The translations under genes and the position numbers were made by a program. From Auanema rhodensis (lineage: Eukaryota; Animalia; Nematoda), in contig OZ059894.1 in assembly GCA_964057225.1 (NCBI GenBank), positions 9,796,001 to 9,860,000 on the forward strand: 64,000 nt of DNA, given 5' to 3'. This document shows, in pieces, positions 1-13,679 of the stretch (position 1 is its first letter; the number at the start of each line of letters is the position of its first letter). The notes beneath the pieces were generated by a model. It saw nothing but the letters and a program-made list of their open reading frames with translations, searched no databases and was not told the origin of the DNA.

Positions 1-2906
1 AAAGCTGTCTGATTGATGATATCGTTTGGCAGTCTGATGTTCAAGAGCTTCTAATGTATTTGAAAAATGTTGTCTTCTCCTTTCAAACTACACTCTTTCT
101 TTCCGGCCTATTTTAGTCGTAATTGAATGTTCATGTTATGAATGGCCTCTTCAGACTTACAAAAAATTCAGCAGTTCATCAATCTAATCAGATGCCATAC
201 ATCTCATTTCCAGCCATATACATTCCCGGCTGGCTCTTCGTCTTTCTTGTCTCTTGGTGTTCGTGAGAAGGGATAGAGAGAAAGAAGAATCCTGATGTCA
301 AAGGTTGTGATGATGATCGACGCACGATGGAGACGATGCCAGCCATGGACTTGATTAATACATCCTATACATGGTCTACTCACATTTCTCATCACGTTCT
401 CCATCTATCTCGTTGTTGTCGTGTTAATACTTTAGCAAGGCCTTATTCGGCTAAAGCTGCTGCTATCCTTTCCATTGACTTTCAGCTTTCCCTGCCATAA
501 ATTTCTTTTTTTTTTCAACTCTTTTCACTCTTACATTCACTCTTTCACAAATCTCATATTACTTTTTTGTATTAGAATCTTCTAAGTTGCCATTCGTCTG
601 AGGAGGTTGGGTCAGCTCCCTGACCCGACTTTTCTCAACTCGATGCAATGGTTTTAGGGCCCGCCCCCTATCACATCTCACAGACTTGCCACAAACGCAT
701 CATCTACATAAACTTGCAAGAGGTGGATCATCTTCCCCACTACTCTTACCCATTACTTCAATTTTTTATATATTTATTGATGATTTTTTTCCAATAACTA
801 TCTCAATTCAATTTCTTATTTCTTATTTTATTTTGAAAAACAAGTCCAACAACTAATCAGTTGCTATATCTACTACCTTACTTCTACATTTAACTTCAAA
901 AATCTGCCGCTTATCTAATTGAAAAACTCTCTTTCATGACAGTTTTCAGCATTGTGTACGTTAAGCATATCCGTACTGCTATTTTTCATGCCTAACGAAC
1001 TACTCATGTCATGTTTCATTAGCTGAAGAATAGTAATTCGACGTATGTCCCAGCGTATTATCCTCTTCCGCACTTAGATCCATTCGGTTTTACTCTACCA
1101 CAACTCACATTATACAGCCATATACCTCTATATGACGATATTATGACAATGGAGAAGCTCTTTTCAATGTCATCCTCTCTAATTGGAATTTTTAGAGAGG
1201 AAGAACAAGAAAAAGAAAGAAGAATTGTGAGTAGAACATCATTTGGTCGGAGAATTGCATGAAAACTGAGAGAGTTAGAACATACTGATATGTGTTCATA
1301 TGTGTTCGCCATGTTTTTTGGCTAACCCTCAACGTATTCTTGTATTGTCCTCCATTTTCTTCTTTTAATTAACCAAACATCCTTCACACTCAGGTTATCC
1401 CTCTCTTCTCATCCCTTTATATTCATCAACTTTTTTTCTCTTTTTCTCTCAATTCTCTTAATATCTTATCTCTCACTGATGCTATTCTGTAATTAGATAA
1501 TTGCTCAATCACATAGATTGTGTCTGTTTGTCTGTACCTGTCGTAGACAATCTCTGAGTGTATCTTGGATGCCGACGTTCATTAGGTGAAGACAGTTCTC
1601 GTGTTCATTCAGGTGTAAAACTGTCAATTTGCGTTCGTCAAGCGACGTCTTCTATCGCTGTCGACCTCTGCTGTCGCCTCCTTAATAGTGAATCAGCAAT
1701 TCTGCCTTCCTCATATCTGCATGTTCGTTTCCTCTCTTCTTTCTTCTTTTTTTTTCTTTCTTATGAATAATTTGTTTTTTATGCTTTTAGCAAGGGATTG
1801 AATCTTCAAATATCTGTTCTATCTCTTCGTTCTATCCTCCTGATTATTAGAGTTCAGCTGATCTTTTTCTAAAACATTCCATTAACTGTTCCATCGTTGT
1901 ACAGTCGATGTCATATGCTACCTGATCATCAATTTCAGCTTCAGAATTGCAGACACATATCAATGATCATAATTTTGATGCTATCCTATAACTAATATAT
2001 TATGGGCTATAATGGATTGAACAACAACTGACGCCTCAGTTACGTGAACGTTGACAATCATGATTTCGTTAGACAGCAACGACAACGCTGACGTCGTGGA
2101 CACAGACGACAACGGTGATATCAACGTCGTTGACGAGAACGACGACGACGGTGGCGTCGAATTCACCAACGTTGACTGTCGTTCTCGCCCTGTCCATCCG
2201 CCCTCTGTCTGACAATCTATCTCTACATCAAATCTGTTGCTTCCACTACGAATGACAGCCATCCATCCATCAAAGTCCTTTTCTATGTATTCACTGCTTC
2301 GCCAGCTGGAATAATGACGATATCAGACTCTATCCAGCTTTCCTCTTCATCATTCATTTCATATGTTCGAAGTTCTGTCTAAAACCATGAGCACAGATAA
2401 GCTGATCGCCTCTTGATCATCTAATACTCAATTCAGTGTGACAAGCAAGAAGCATGTCAGACAATGTCTAGCCAAATCATCCCTGTCAGGCTTTTCCTTC
2501 AGTCTCCCTTTCATCAACATCATCATCATCTTCTTCATCAACATTTCTATCAAGTCTGTTTTTCTCTTCCTAGAGGAATCATCTGAAACAATTTCCGATT
2601 TTGAGTTTAAACCTAATTCAAAACTCGGTTCTTTTCAAGAAGTATGAAATTGACCTTGATGCTCACTTCTTTGTCTCTTTTGCCGTGCAATAAAAATTAG
2701 GCGCCAGCCTTTGGATTTTATATGAATTCAATTCTAATATGCGATTCAAAAACTATTTATTTCATTTTGTAACCATATAAAGAGGTTTTTTTTTTCAAAG
2801 TAGAAGAGAAGCAGAAGTAAATTGTAATTCTAGCCACTCATTTTCTTCACCAAAGTCATCAGACAGAGTCAAGAGATTATGTATCTTGAGAAGTACCAGC
2901 TTTTTG

Positions 2907-2909
2907 CTC

Positions 2910-2942
<33 letters not shown>
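2907..2942. repeat. (CT)n microsatellite
   Basis: Direct inspection; one interruption. Confidence 0.9.
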
Positions 2943-5900
2943 TTATCTATCTAGCTTTCTATTTTTTATACTCATTGTCATACACCTCTCAATTCTCTTA
3001 CCCCTACCCTTTCTTTCCCAATCTCTCTACGCTGCTCAACTTACGCTGGCAACTTGGAATGCTATCTAGTGACTGACGGACTAGTTGACGTGTGCTGCCC
3101 ATCATCATCAGGTTCCTAACTGCGGTAAAAGCCTGGGTGACTAGGTTAAGGCCTGTCAGACTGGGTTGCATCTGAAGACAGCTAGTCAGGTTCAGTTCGG
3201 AAAAATAATGAAGACACAATGAAGAAAAAGATCAAGAAAGACAAAGATGGAGATGAAGATGTAAGAAGTATGCAAGCAGGCGTGTTGAAGTGTGGAGATG
3301 TCTTGCTCAACGCATCGCTCGCGGTTGCTCGAATTGTGTTTGACAGCAACAGATTCGCTGAACGACATCTTGACCGAAGACTTGCCAAGTGAGCTCATCG
3401 TCAAGCTACTGAAGATTGAGTCAATGCTATCTTCATCTGGCTGATTCTATATGGCAACTTCATCTTCTATCGTGTCACTCAGCTCCGATTTGTCAGCGTC
3501 GGCAAGACTTGAAGCACATCATTTGTCATCATTCACGTCTATACTCACATTCACATTCACTTTCACATACCCTACCATCACATAACCAACGCTGTCCCCT
3601 CTCTGCCCCCCAGCCGTCATCGACATCGTTATCGTGCCTGATTTGTTAGATCATCTCGTTGTCTGGGTGCCACCACATGAAGAACATTGCACGATGATGA
3701 CAAGGGTGATTGGGACAGACAGTGTGTCATATTATGGGCCTCACCGAAGACGAATGAAGTCGCTCAATGGAGCTGACACTACTCGGGCCAGCCAGACAAG
3801 CGTTAGCCCTTGTCCCAGCGTATTGAACTTCCTACTTTCTCTACTTTTATTTTTCAAAAGTTTCTTTTCTAAAAACATATCTATTTTTTCTTAAAATTAT
3901 ACATTGGTTATTTATATTCTTCTTATTATTATGAAAAATATACAGAAGCACCTTCTGCTATTTGCCAATAGCATAGCCTTTCTGCTAAATAGTACGCTTA
4001 TTGCTCATTGTTCAGATGAAAAGAGCCGATTTTGCGATTGGGCAATTGTGTTCACACCTCTTTCTACAAGCTTGCTTAGCGGACTTCCTTTTCTTTTTGG
4101 TGGTTGTTATAACTTCGGGTACTATACTGACTAACCTGCTAATAACTGTAACGACGTTCATGTTCAAACAATTATTTTTGAACACATTTTATGATTTTCC
4201 TAGAAGCATAGGCTTTTAAAAACTGCAGTTTACTTTGTTGATCAATAAGTCGTGAAAACACAAGATAAAATTGAAACGGAAGCATATCAGTCCATCATCG
4301 GAGTAACCGAATGTCATATAACTCAGACAAGTCAGAAGTATTTCAGAGCAGCATCATCATCAGTAACAATTGCAGTACTAGCAGTAGTTGCAGATCATCT
4401 TCATCACTGCTTCATCGTACGCTTATCCGTCCGTCCGTCCATCCTAACGTCCATCGTCCTCGATGACTGCCCTCGGGCACATCGAATGAGTGAGTGACAC
4501 ATCATCTGCGAAAGCACGGCGCCTGTCATTTACACGTATGTATCCAGAGATGTTTAGTCAATCAGCTGTCATGAACACGAATGATGACTTGCCAGAAAAG
4601 GTTCGACCTTTGAGGCTACAAACTCTTGGCGCACTGCTTCTGTGTCGCTTGTCCTCTATCGTTAGTTAAGTGTGTACGCTAACGATTGAATATGCAGCAC
4701 CTATTCTGGAGAAGCATGTTCATATCGGGACTTGTGAAAACGAAAACATCCTTAAGTCCAACCGGAACAGAATAATCAATCAGATAACAATAACAGTCTG
4801 AATCTGGTCAACATCTGAAAATTCTGTTTCAATAGTATTGTGGCTATTCAGTGGCACTTTCCTAGCAGGAACTATTTCGGTTTTTACGATATCTCAGTCG
4901 TACATCAGTTCTGTCTGTCCTCTCTATCCAGTTGTCACTTTCCTAACTTACTTAGTTGTCCTACTTCCTTAAATGCTGATCTCAAAGTTAATGTATGAAT
5001 CCATACACATTCAATTTCAATTTCTAACAACAAACTTCAGCTTTGTTTTCCCTTTTCTTTGATCGTATTAAATTTTCCTTTTATCAATTTTTTATTTTTT
5101 TCAATTTTTCTTTACGATTATGTTAAAGTTTCATATTTGCCTTTCACCTATCATTACATTTCTATGCTAATTCCACGTATTACACGTGAAGCCTGCACAG
5201 GCGTTCATTTTTTTTTTTCATTTTTTGCTCTACGTGAACGGTTGACTTTCTCTTTCATTATTTCAAGATACATATTTATGATTGAGCTGGTAGTACAACG
5301 ATGAAAATATGAAAACAATATGGCTCTGCATTACTTTGGCTGGCGGCCAATTTGATAAGTATTGCACCGAACTGATCGTTTGAGGCCGTCAATCATTCTG
5401 TTTTGATTTTGATAACAAATTTTTATTTTTTTGCACGGATGATGCAAAAGTGATTTCAAATAGGCATTATAGCATATGTTCAGAAAATTCAAAAACAAAA
5501 GATAATTCTTCAACTCTTTCTTTTTCCAATTTAAGTTAAAATTGAAAAAATGAGAGATATATTGTTGAAATTTACAGTTGGCATTTCATTTCAAAATGTC
5601 CGCTTGTCTGTCTATCAGTCTGACTGTCTTTCAGCCTGTCGTTTCTGTCGTTAACGGATTAAAAGATCTATTAGTTAGAAGAGAATCAGTGAAATCGGGA
5701 GCGACAGCATCCACGTCGAATATACCTGGGAGGAAGGCTCCAGAAGAAAATGACAAAAGCCCTGTCAGACGTCGAACTGACTTTTCACATTATCGCCAAA
5801 AATTTGAAAGACCTTCAGCATCATTCATAAGCCTGCTCCACCCAGCACCTGACTAACTAGTATTTGATCTGACTTCTTGATCTCTGCGACTTATTTCCAT

Positions 5901-7475
5901 TTACATTTTCCAAATTCTGAGCATGTATATGCAGTTCCGGAAATGCACACGTGGAGCTCTTCACGTCACCTGTTCCTGTGGCTCGCCAAAGGCGTCGGTC
6001 TAGAAAAAAACTCTGACAGATTTTTGCACAACCAAACAGCTGATATGAATACGATTATAACTGTCAGACAGCCTCTCATCTTCATCCGTTATCTCTTAAT
6101 AAGTACAATAATAAATTTTTTGGAAAAAAATAACAAGGCTATCAGAATAATGATGTAAATCTGTATGAGTTGTCCAGTGAACAGTCAAGCATTCTAATCG
6201 TAGCAAATTTGATACAAAAATTACAGTATAACTCTTGTGTGTCCTTCTTTTGTGAAAAAAATATATCTTTGACTGACAGTTGTTTAAAACATTCCATTTT
6301 AACCTTTCATCCTCATCAGAACAATTTATTTTTTCATTATTTTTGAAAAGAAACCATTGTCGCGCTGCTCCTGAAACATATAAAACTATAAATAAATGAG
6401 AGATAGAGTGAAGGGAAGGGTTAGAGACAATTGCAACAAACACCCAGCTCTCAACCAGCTGAGAGATTGACGTTTGATTCTAACTATATAAGGGCAGTAG
6501 AATCTGCTATAAGCCTGTACAATTCTTGTTGCCTTCACTCTAGGACTATTAGTCAACTCAGCTACCAGGCTCTCTCTCACTCAGCATCTCTCTCCACACA
6601 TATTCTCTGTATCATCTATGCAGTTTATTTTTTTAATTTGTATTCTCTTGAAGCAGACGGAGTAACTTTGATATAAGTTATGATCATTTTATTAGTTCAA
6701 ATTTTATCTATTTTTAAAATAATTTTGTTCATGATTTCATTAAAAATCATTATGTCAGTTAATTTTTATCATCGAAATTCAACACTCATATTCTGAATTT
6801 AAAATCTGAATTAGTTCAGTTATTTAAAGTTTTAATCTTCAGGTTGTCATATTAGATTTGAGTTGCTAATAGACCTAATATGCCATACTTTGACACTCTT
6901 CATCCAAACTACGAAAGTGTTAATTGCAACAACCTGTCCGTCAAATTGCCAACCTGCTCTGTGTTCATAAGATTGCTGAGCAGGTTGTTACAACTTAGGC
7001 TAATCGAATATAGCCTAAATATGTCAGACAATTCAAGAACAACAGCTTATATGTATATCCCCTGGTCATAGGTCGGCTAGTTAACACCTTGTTCACTATA
7101 GCCACTTGATTTGTCATATATAAGCAACGGCTATAAGATTCTGCTCATACATAAGTTCTTCCTCTGATCTGGATAGCCCACATTCAGTTTGTAGAGCTTG
7201 GTGTGTTTGGTCTCAAAGAGGATGAGTCATCCAACCCTATCATGAAGAGTATATTTTCATTTTTACGCCAATTGCCATGTGTTAATTCCTTCATATATAT
7301 GCATAGTCTAGCCATTTTTGATAATTTATTTTAAAAAATATTCAAATTATTGCATTCTCAATAAGGTTTTCATACATTTATATACACAATTATATTTATT
7401 TTTGTCTTTCATCTTAGTTTACACTTCTCTCTTTCTCTCTCAAGTTACTTTTCTAATTTTTTGTTTAATTCAGAA

Positions 7476-9550
7476 ATGGAGTTTGATTACTTACCCGATG
7501 AAGTTATCGTCCATGTTTTGAAGAGCTCTAGCCCTTCAACTGTTGCCAAGTTCCGTCGTATGAACCGAAGAATGAATGATCTAATTGACCGTTATCGTCT
7601 TGGAAGGCCAACCGTTGATGAATTCAGGTAATTTTAGCTTTTATTTCTTTATTTCAAACATAAGAATAAGTTCAATTCTGACCCCAGCTAAATCACCTTT
7701 TTTATATCGTTATATGTATATATGATTTGGCTTTCGTTCGTGAAAATTGTTGGAATAAACAGCATTTTCCTTTTGGCCTCAAAAATTAAACAAACTTTAG
7801 CTATTCCATCAACAATGATTTATCTAATTACAAAACAATATTAATTAGTATAAACATTAAATTTTATATTTTAGTGTGACCATCCGTACTGCCGAGAGCA
7901 GATCTGCACCTTTGGGTCGTTTGCAATTTAAGAAAAACAGCAACAAATTGACAAGAAGAGTCATGTTTACTATGAGAAGAAAAGACAAACACCATCACTT
8001 GGTCGAAGAAGAGACCATGGAAGGACCTAGTGATCGTTCTGAATCCCAGATTATTGAGAAAACTTTGAATACTGTGAGTACTTTTGAAAGTATATCGTAT
8101 ATGATATCATGCTTTCTTCAGGTGAAACTCTCTGAACGCGTCTCTTTCGATGGCATTCATGTGGACAGCAGCTTTCATAAAATGGTTACATCACGCCGGA
8201 ACGATCTCAGGTAATTGACAGCTTACAAAATTATCAGTCACGAGTTGTCTGGGAAAACATCCAAACAAGAAAAACTGATTGACAATCGAAGTTCATCATC
8301 CGGATGGTCCGCTTGTTTGGCGCCACAGCAATGATATCATCGAACAAACTGATTTTGATATGATCTTGACAAGCTTAAAACATCTGTCCAACTTGGAGCA
8401 TCAAATTGCTCATTCTCAAGACATCTCTCTAATTCTTAGTTCAAAGCTTTTAACAATATGAAGAATTAGTGAAGCTTTGAATACGTTGTAGAATATATGT
8501 AAAGAAGAGAGAAAACGATGTGAAGAGAAAGAAAGTGCGACAGGAAGAGAGAATAGAGAAAGGTTGAGAACAAGAGAGTGTACTGAGTTCGGGACAAGAC
8601 TAACTAACGATGATACTCACTCACATCGACGACTTTCACTGATTGACGGTTAACAGAACACCGATTGATAGATGACATGCATACAGTTGTCATCGTCCAA
8701 CACTGGCCGTCAACAGATAGTTGTCATGATGAACAAGGGATGAAAACGTCAGAAAGACATTCTGAAGCAATTCATTTTTATGAAAACAAAGTCTCACAAT
8801 GGTTTTCAACTAAAAGAGGGGAAGGCTTTTGAGAGAGGAAATACACGTTTTACCTAAGAAAAATATTGCAAATTTCTTATCTTTTTCGCTTTTCATTATT
8901 AATTTATTTTATTTAGCGCCATCAACAATCTCACTTTCATTCTCTGTCGTGTGGGCTTAACAGATGCTGAACTGACCAGTATGATTCAGAGAACTAGCTT
9001 AAATTCCTTAACATTGGATTTCTGTACTTTTGATAATGACATCATTACAGATAAGGTATGTACACATGATTCAGATATCTAATTAAGCTTTTTGTTTTTC
9101 AGTTGATGAGCTTGATTCCTGACTTGCAATGCTTCCGAATCCAACCAAGATCCCCATTATTCCTGACTGGCTTAACTGATATTTCGCTAAAAGCCTGGAC
9201 CCGTAATCCACCAAAAACTTTAAGTTTTTACAATTGTGTCACTTCTTTCACCATTCAAGGAATTGCTGACCTTGTTAAGGTATGTACTTCCCTCACTATA
9301 TTTTATTTCAATTTCAATAGTATTGAATACTTATTCAATGTATTTTCAGATTCTTCCAAATCTTGAAGCTGAATGGGATTTTGGACGAGTTTTACCTTCC
9401 ACTAATTCTGCTGAAGCATTACTTTCGCTAACCATGACTCCTGGAGTCACTGTTTCCATCACCGACGATTTTCGATCCCGTAGAATTCAAATTGAACGTT
9501 CAAAATCAAAAATCGCCTTCAACTTACTTACAGAGGAAATTTTCACATAA
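7476..9550 (+). CDS. F-box domain protein with C-terminal LRR/FBA-like region (6 exons: ~7476-7627, 7875-8073, 8122-8210, 8917-9055, 9103-9280, 9350-9550)
   Basis: ATG just after a TTCAG acceptor. Exon 1 reads MEFDYLPDEVIVHVLKSSSPSTVAKFRRMNRRMNDLID, a classic F-box. Exons join in frame through GT-AG introns to ...AFNLLTEEIFT*. Confidence 0.85.
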
Positions 9551-10828
9551 GTACTTTATTTACCCTTATGTAGTATCTATATTATATCTCTAGAAAAACA
9601 CTTTTTCATCTAGAACCTCTCTAGCATGCTCGAATATTTGAGAAATTTAAAGAAAACGATAAACAAAACGTCCTTTTTTAAAAAGAAAAAATCAAATGTT
9701 CTCATATTGTTGCGGTATTTTTATGTATAATTAGCAATATATTCAATATGTACGGGTCTGTATTCTTTAAAATATATTATTTGAATAAATTTGTTTCATA
9801 AATCCTTTTATAATATATTAAATAAATAAAAATATGAAAAATCAAACAGTACAGTATCGAAGAACAAGAGGCACCTCTCACACGTGATTCATTGTTTTTT
9901 ATTAAAATATTTAATATCTTGACTTATACTTTCGTTTTCGCATCAAACAACTAAAACATTTTGAGTTCCTCCTAACAGATATATTTTGTAATCACAACTT
10001 TGGATTCTCAAATCTTTAAGGCGTATTCAGCTATTTGGAACTTTTAGAAATTAAAAGACTGACTAAACTTTGATCCAAATTGAAAAGTTTTAAATACGCG
10101 AAAAAGCTTATGTTAGTATATACAACCGGTCACCGCCCATTTGAATTACAAAATGAAAATACAAACCGCAAAACATGCCAAATATCTCTTTAATGTTCTT
10201 CAATGAAAAAAAATTACAAAAATTCGATTTTAGCTCCTTCTTTTTTTAAATTGCACTCGTTTTGAAATTAATACAAACGAACGTCTGTAATATGAAACTT
10301 TGCGTTTTTTATTTACTTTTATTGTAATTTTAGAAAAAAAACTGATTCAACATTTAGTAAATTCTTTTAAAAATGTTTTTAAAAATTGTGAATAATAGTA
10401 TAATCACAGCAATAATTTATAATTTCAAAATAAAATGAAATTTTTGATTAATTGAAAATCAAATTAAATTCGAAGAGTTTATCAGTTCAAAGATAGAAAT
10501 TAGAGATATTATAAATTCGCATTATTATCTCCATTGATAAGAATTATCTATCATATCTATCAGTGTTAAGGCATTACAAAGAGTATAACGAGATAAGATC
10601 CGCCCATGCTGTTGCGCTCCATTGCAAATCCAACCTGACAATCAGGAGCTTGCGTTGCGAACGCGACGCGTGTGGCTAGTCACTGTGTTACATGTTCGTC
10701 TTGTACATGAAAATATCTTTTCTTAATTCTTTGACTTTTATAATTTTTTCTTAAATTATTATTATTATTATCTTTAAATCTCAATCAATTGTTTTTAAAT
10801 TATTTTTTACATTAATCAATATATTCAG

Positions 10829-11654
10829 ATGGCTGACCCAGTTGCTGATTTCCTTGCCCGCGAGCAAGATATTATGGCTGAGATCGAAGGGGCACCAGCT
10901 GATCCAGCTGTCGGTACGTGTCATGTGCAACTATTGCTAATAAATATTATATTGTTTAGCTGATATTGTTGAAGCCGATTTAGCTAATGAATTTGGAGAA
11001 ATGGCTGTTATTCCCGATCCAGTCAACATTCAAGGAGGAGATTCTGGCGTTGATCTTAGCGGATTGATGTCTGCTAATCGTGAGTCATGTTTTAGTATGC
11101 TTTTTGATGTTTTTTTTTGCAGCTCCTGCTGCTAACGAAGGATCTGGCTTAAGTTCGACTGGCCCATCTCCAGTTCAAGTTAGAGTTGAAGCTGAGAATA
11201 TCAGAAAATGGCGTGAGGAGCAGCAAGTTGTTCTTGCCCAGAAAGGTATTGAGTATTCTCTATATATTTGCAATGTTTTGTTTTTTTAGATGAAGCTGAG
11301 GAGAAGAAGAAGCAAGAATGGAAGACCAATGCCACTAAGGAACTTGAGGATTGGTACAAGCAGAGAGATGCTACCTTGAAGGGAACCAAGGAAGCTAACA
11401 GGTTTTTAAGCGTATCTAATTGTTAATTCATAAGATTCTTAGAACTGCTGAAGCTGAGCACCTAGCCGCTTACAGCAACCAACAAGGAGATGCTGCTCAA
11501 TGGGATGAAATAGCCAAGTTATGTGAAGCTAAAGCTCAAAAAGGAGGAAAAGACGTTAGCAGACTGAAGAGCTTACTTTTGCACCTTAAGGAGCAACACA
11601 GCAAGTGAGTAATAAAAATTTTATTTTTTATTTCATGTTTTTCTCTTCAGGTAA
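10829..11654 (+). CDS. clic-1: Clathrin light chain
   Basis: MADPVADFLAREQD start, then EAENIRKWREEQ, ELEDWYKQR, WDEIAKLCE and KDVSRLKSLLLHLKE, all clathrin light chain motifs. The stop is TGA at 11606-11608 if the last intron is unspliced, or TAA at 11652-11654 if spliced. Confidence 0.95.
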
Positions 11655-12245
11655 ATTTTTATTTCCGATAATCGGAATTAGTTGTATGTAGTAACCTATG
11701 AACAAAGTGAGTTCATTCAATCTATTCCTTCTTTCACTTTCACCAATGGTGTCTACTCATGTTTACTACAGTCTTCTCGAATTTATATTTATATGCTTCT
11801 TCTATTTATTGGTGTCCATAATCAGAGCCTATATCGGTTTTTGAGTGTGATCGTGAATTGTTGCAAATTAGCTATATTAATGGTTAAAGTGGACAGAATA
11901 TTTCGCTCAGTGGTTTTGGATTACTTACTTGTTTTGGTAAAAAGATAACTGACAAGATTTCCCATTCCACAGTGCATAATACCACTTCTATAATTTATTA
12001 AGTTAAGAAAATATATTTACTTTAACTTATAACAATTTTTTTTGGTTAATATTCAAGCAGTTCGGTTTTTAATTTCTTGGCTGTGTTTTACCCTCTCCAA
12101 ATGTGATATTTTCTAGAATAGAATAAAGATTTTTTTCCTTATAATTTTTTTATATGATGGAAATACGGTGATTCATCCATATTATACATGCTTCTGAAAT
12201 CCTGAATAAAACATTGATATTGTTATTATGATTATAGAACCCTAG

Positions 12246-13679
12246 ATGGTGGATGATCTTATGTACAAAGGTAATTGCTTGCTGATTGTAGAGTGCTTGG
12301 TGACCCCAATGTTAATTTAGTGCCAACACCTGGAGAACTAGTGCAATTGATCGAAAAGCAGGATGATGTGATGCATGTTTTGCATGATGAGCTTGAAGCC
12401 TGTAAAAAACAGCTTTTCACCATCAAAGGGGAACAAGAACAAGTGAGCATTTTAGTGTTGAGGGTTTATTTAACTAAGATTATATAGAAATACGGTGATT
12501 TGCCTGATCAGATAATTGAGGAAGCTAACTCTAGATTAGAAACAGCACTAGAAGCTTTAGAAAAACTGCAGGTTCGATCTTTTCAATTTTCCAATGCTTA
12601 TATCTATAGTTTAGAATGAGAATTATATGCTAGAAGATGAAATTAGTGTTTTGAAAAAGAAAGTGTCCGATGAGAAGCCTTTAAATTCCGTTTTGAATTT
12701 AAAAGATCAGATGAAGGAGGTAATTTTTCTTTTAATATTGTGAACAAGCTAGAACACGCTTCTTTCGCAAATTTTGGATTTCTTTTTACATTTTTGTGTC
12801 GAAGTGTGTTCTTCGACGTATTTGTACTGTACATTTTTATATTTCTATATGTTACTGTTGTTTTGCCAATTTCAGATGGGTCTTGAATTGGAAAGGAGTA
12901 AGCGTGCCGAAACTAATTTGATCCAGGAACTTGAAGAAGAACGACGGAAACGCGAAATTCTTCGAACAGAATTTGAGCAATCTACGAGAACTAAGCAAGC
13001 CACTGTTTTATCGTTGACAGAAAAAATTGAAGAACTTGAAAAAACTTGTGCTGACTCAAAACTTAAGTTCGAGAGTGGGTTTAAGCTTACAGATAATGAG
13101 AAATTAATATCATATTAGGTTATGTATCTGCCAAAGAGAGTGAATTAGCAAGCTTGAACAGTGAAAAGGATTTAATGGTTGAAAAAGCTAACCAACTGAA
13201 TTCATTATGTGAAAAATATGCAAAGGTAAGGACAAAATCTTTGCTTTTCTCAATATTTAAAGCCTCCTATTCTAGGAGTTAGCTAATTTTCGCCGAGATA
13301 CTGCTGCATCTAAAAGTCGCATTGCCATTCTCAATCAGGAGAATATGCAATTAAGAACTCAAGGACTTCGAAATTCACAAGCTGATCCTCCTATCGGTGG
13401 ATGTAGTAAAGGTTGGAAGTTTAAATTATGTTAAATTATAACTTTATATTTTAGAAATTTCTAAATTATTATCTGATCAAAGTCATCTTATTGCCGCACT
13501 GAGGGAAGAAACCAAGATAGTGACTGAACGTCTTGATGTTGAAAGGAAAGAGCATAGGTTTGGCATAATCGTTTTTATAGAAATAACGTCATGATTCTTA
13601 TAGACACAAAGTAAAAATGCTTAGAAACGAGAAGGCAGAACTTCAATCTCGTCTCGATAAAGTTCTTAGGTTAGATTGA
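12246..13679 (+). CDS. Coiled-coil protein (~320 aa, 9 exons), SDCCAG8-like by motif resemblance
   Basis: Exons ~12246-12270, 12321-12442, 12488-12571, 12615-12719, 12875-13075, 13119-13225, 13277-13411, 13455-13557 and 13603-13679 join in frame. The product MVDDLMYKVPTPGELVQLIEKQDDVMHVLHDELEACKKQL...ISKLLSDQSHLIAALREETKIVTERL...LDKVLRLD* is heptad-rich. Coding status is well supported; the family call is inference. Confidence 0.8.

Noticed and set aside
1-7400. Many 60-115 aa ORFs in the ORF track
   Set aside because: Low-complexity translations, mostly non-ATG starts, no consistent exon chain or recognisable domain; treated as non-coding.
12154-12167. Alternative start MMEIR for the coiled-coil gene
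   Set aside because: ATG 12246 has a stronger donor, a typical 50-nt intron and an upstream acceptor, so it fits better.
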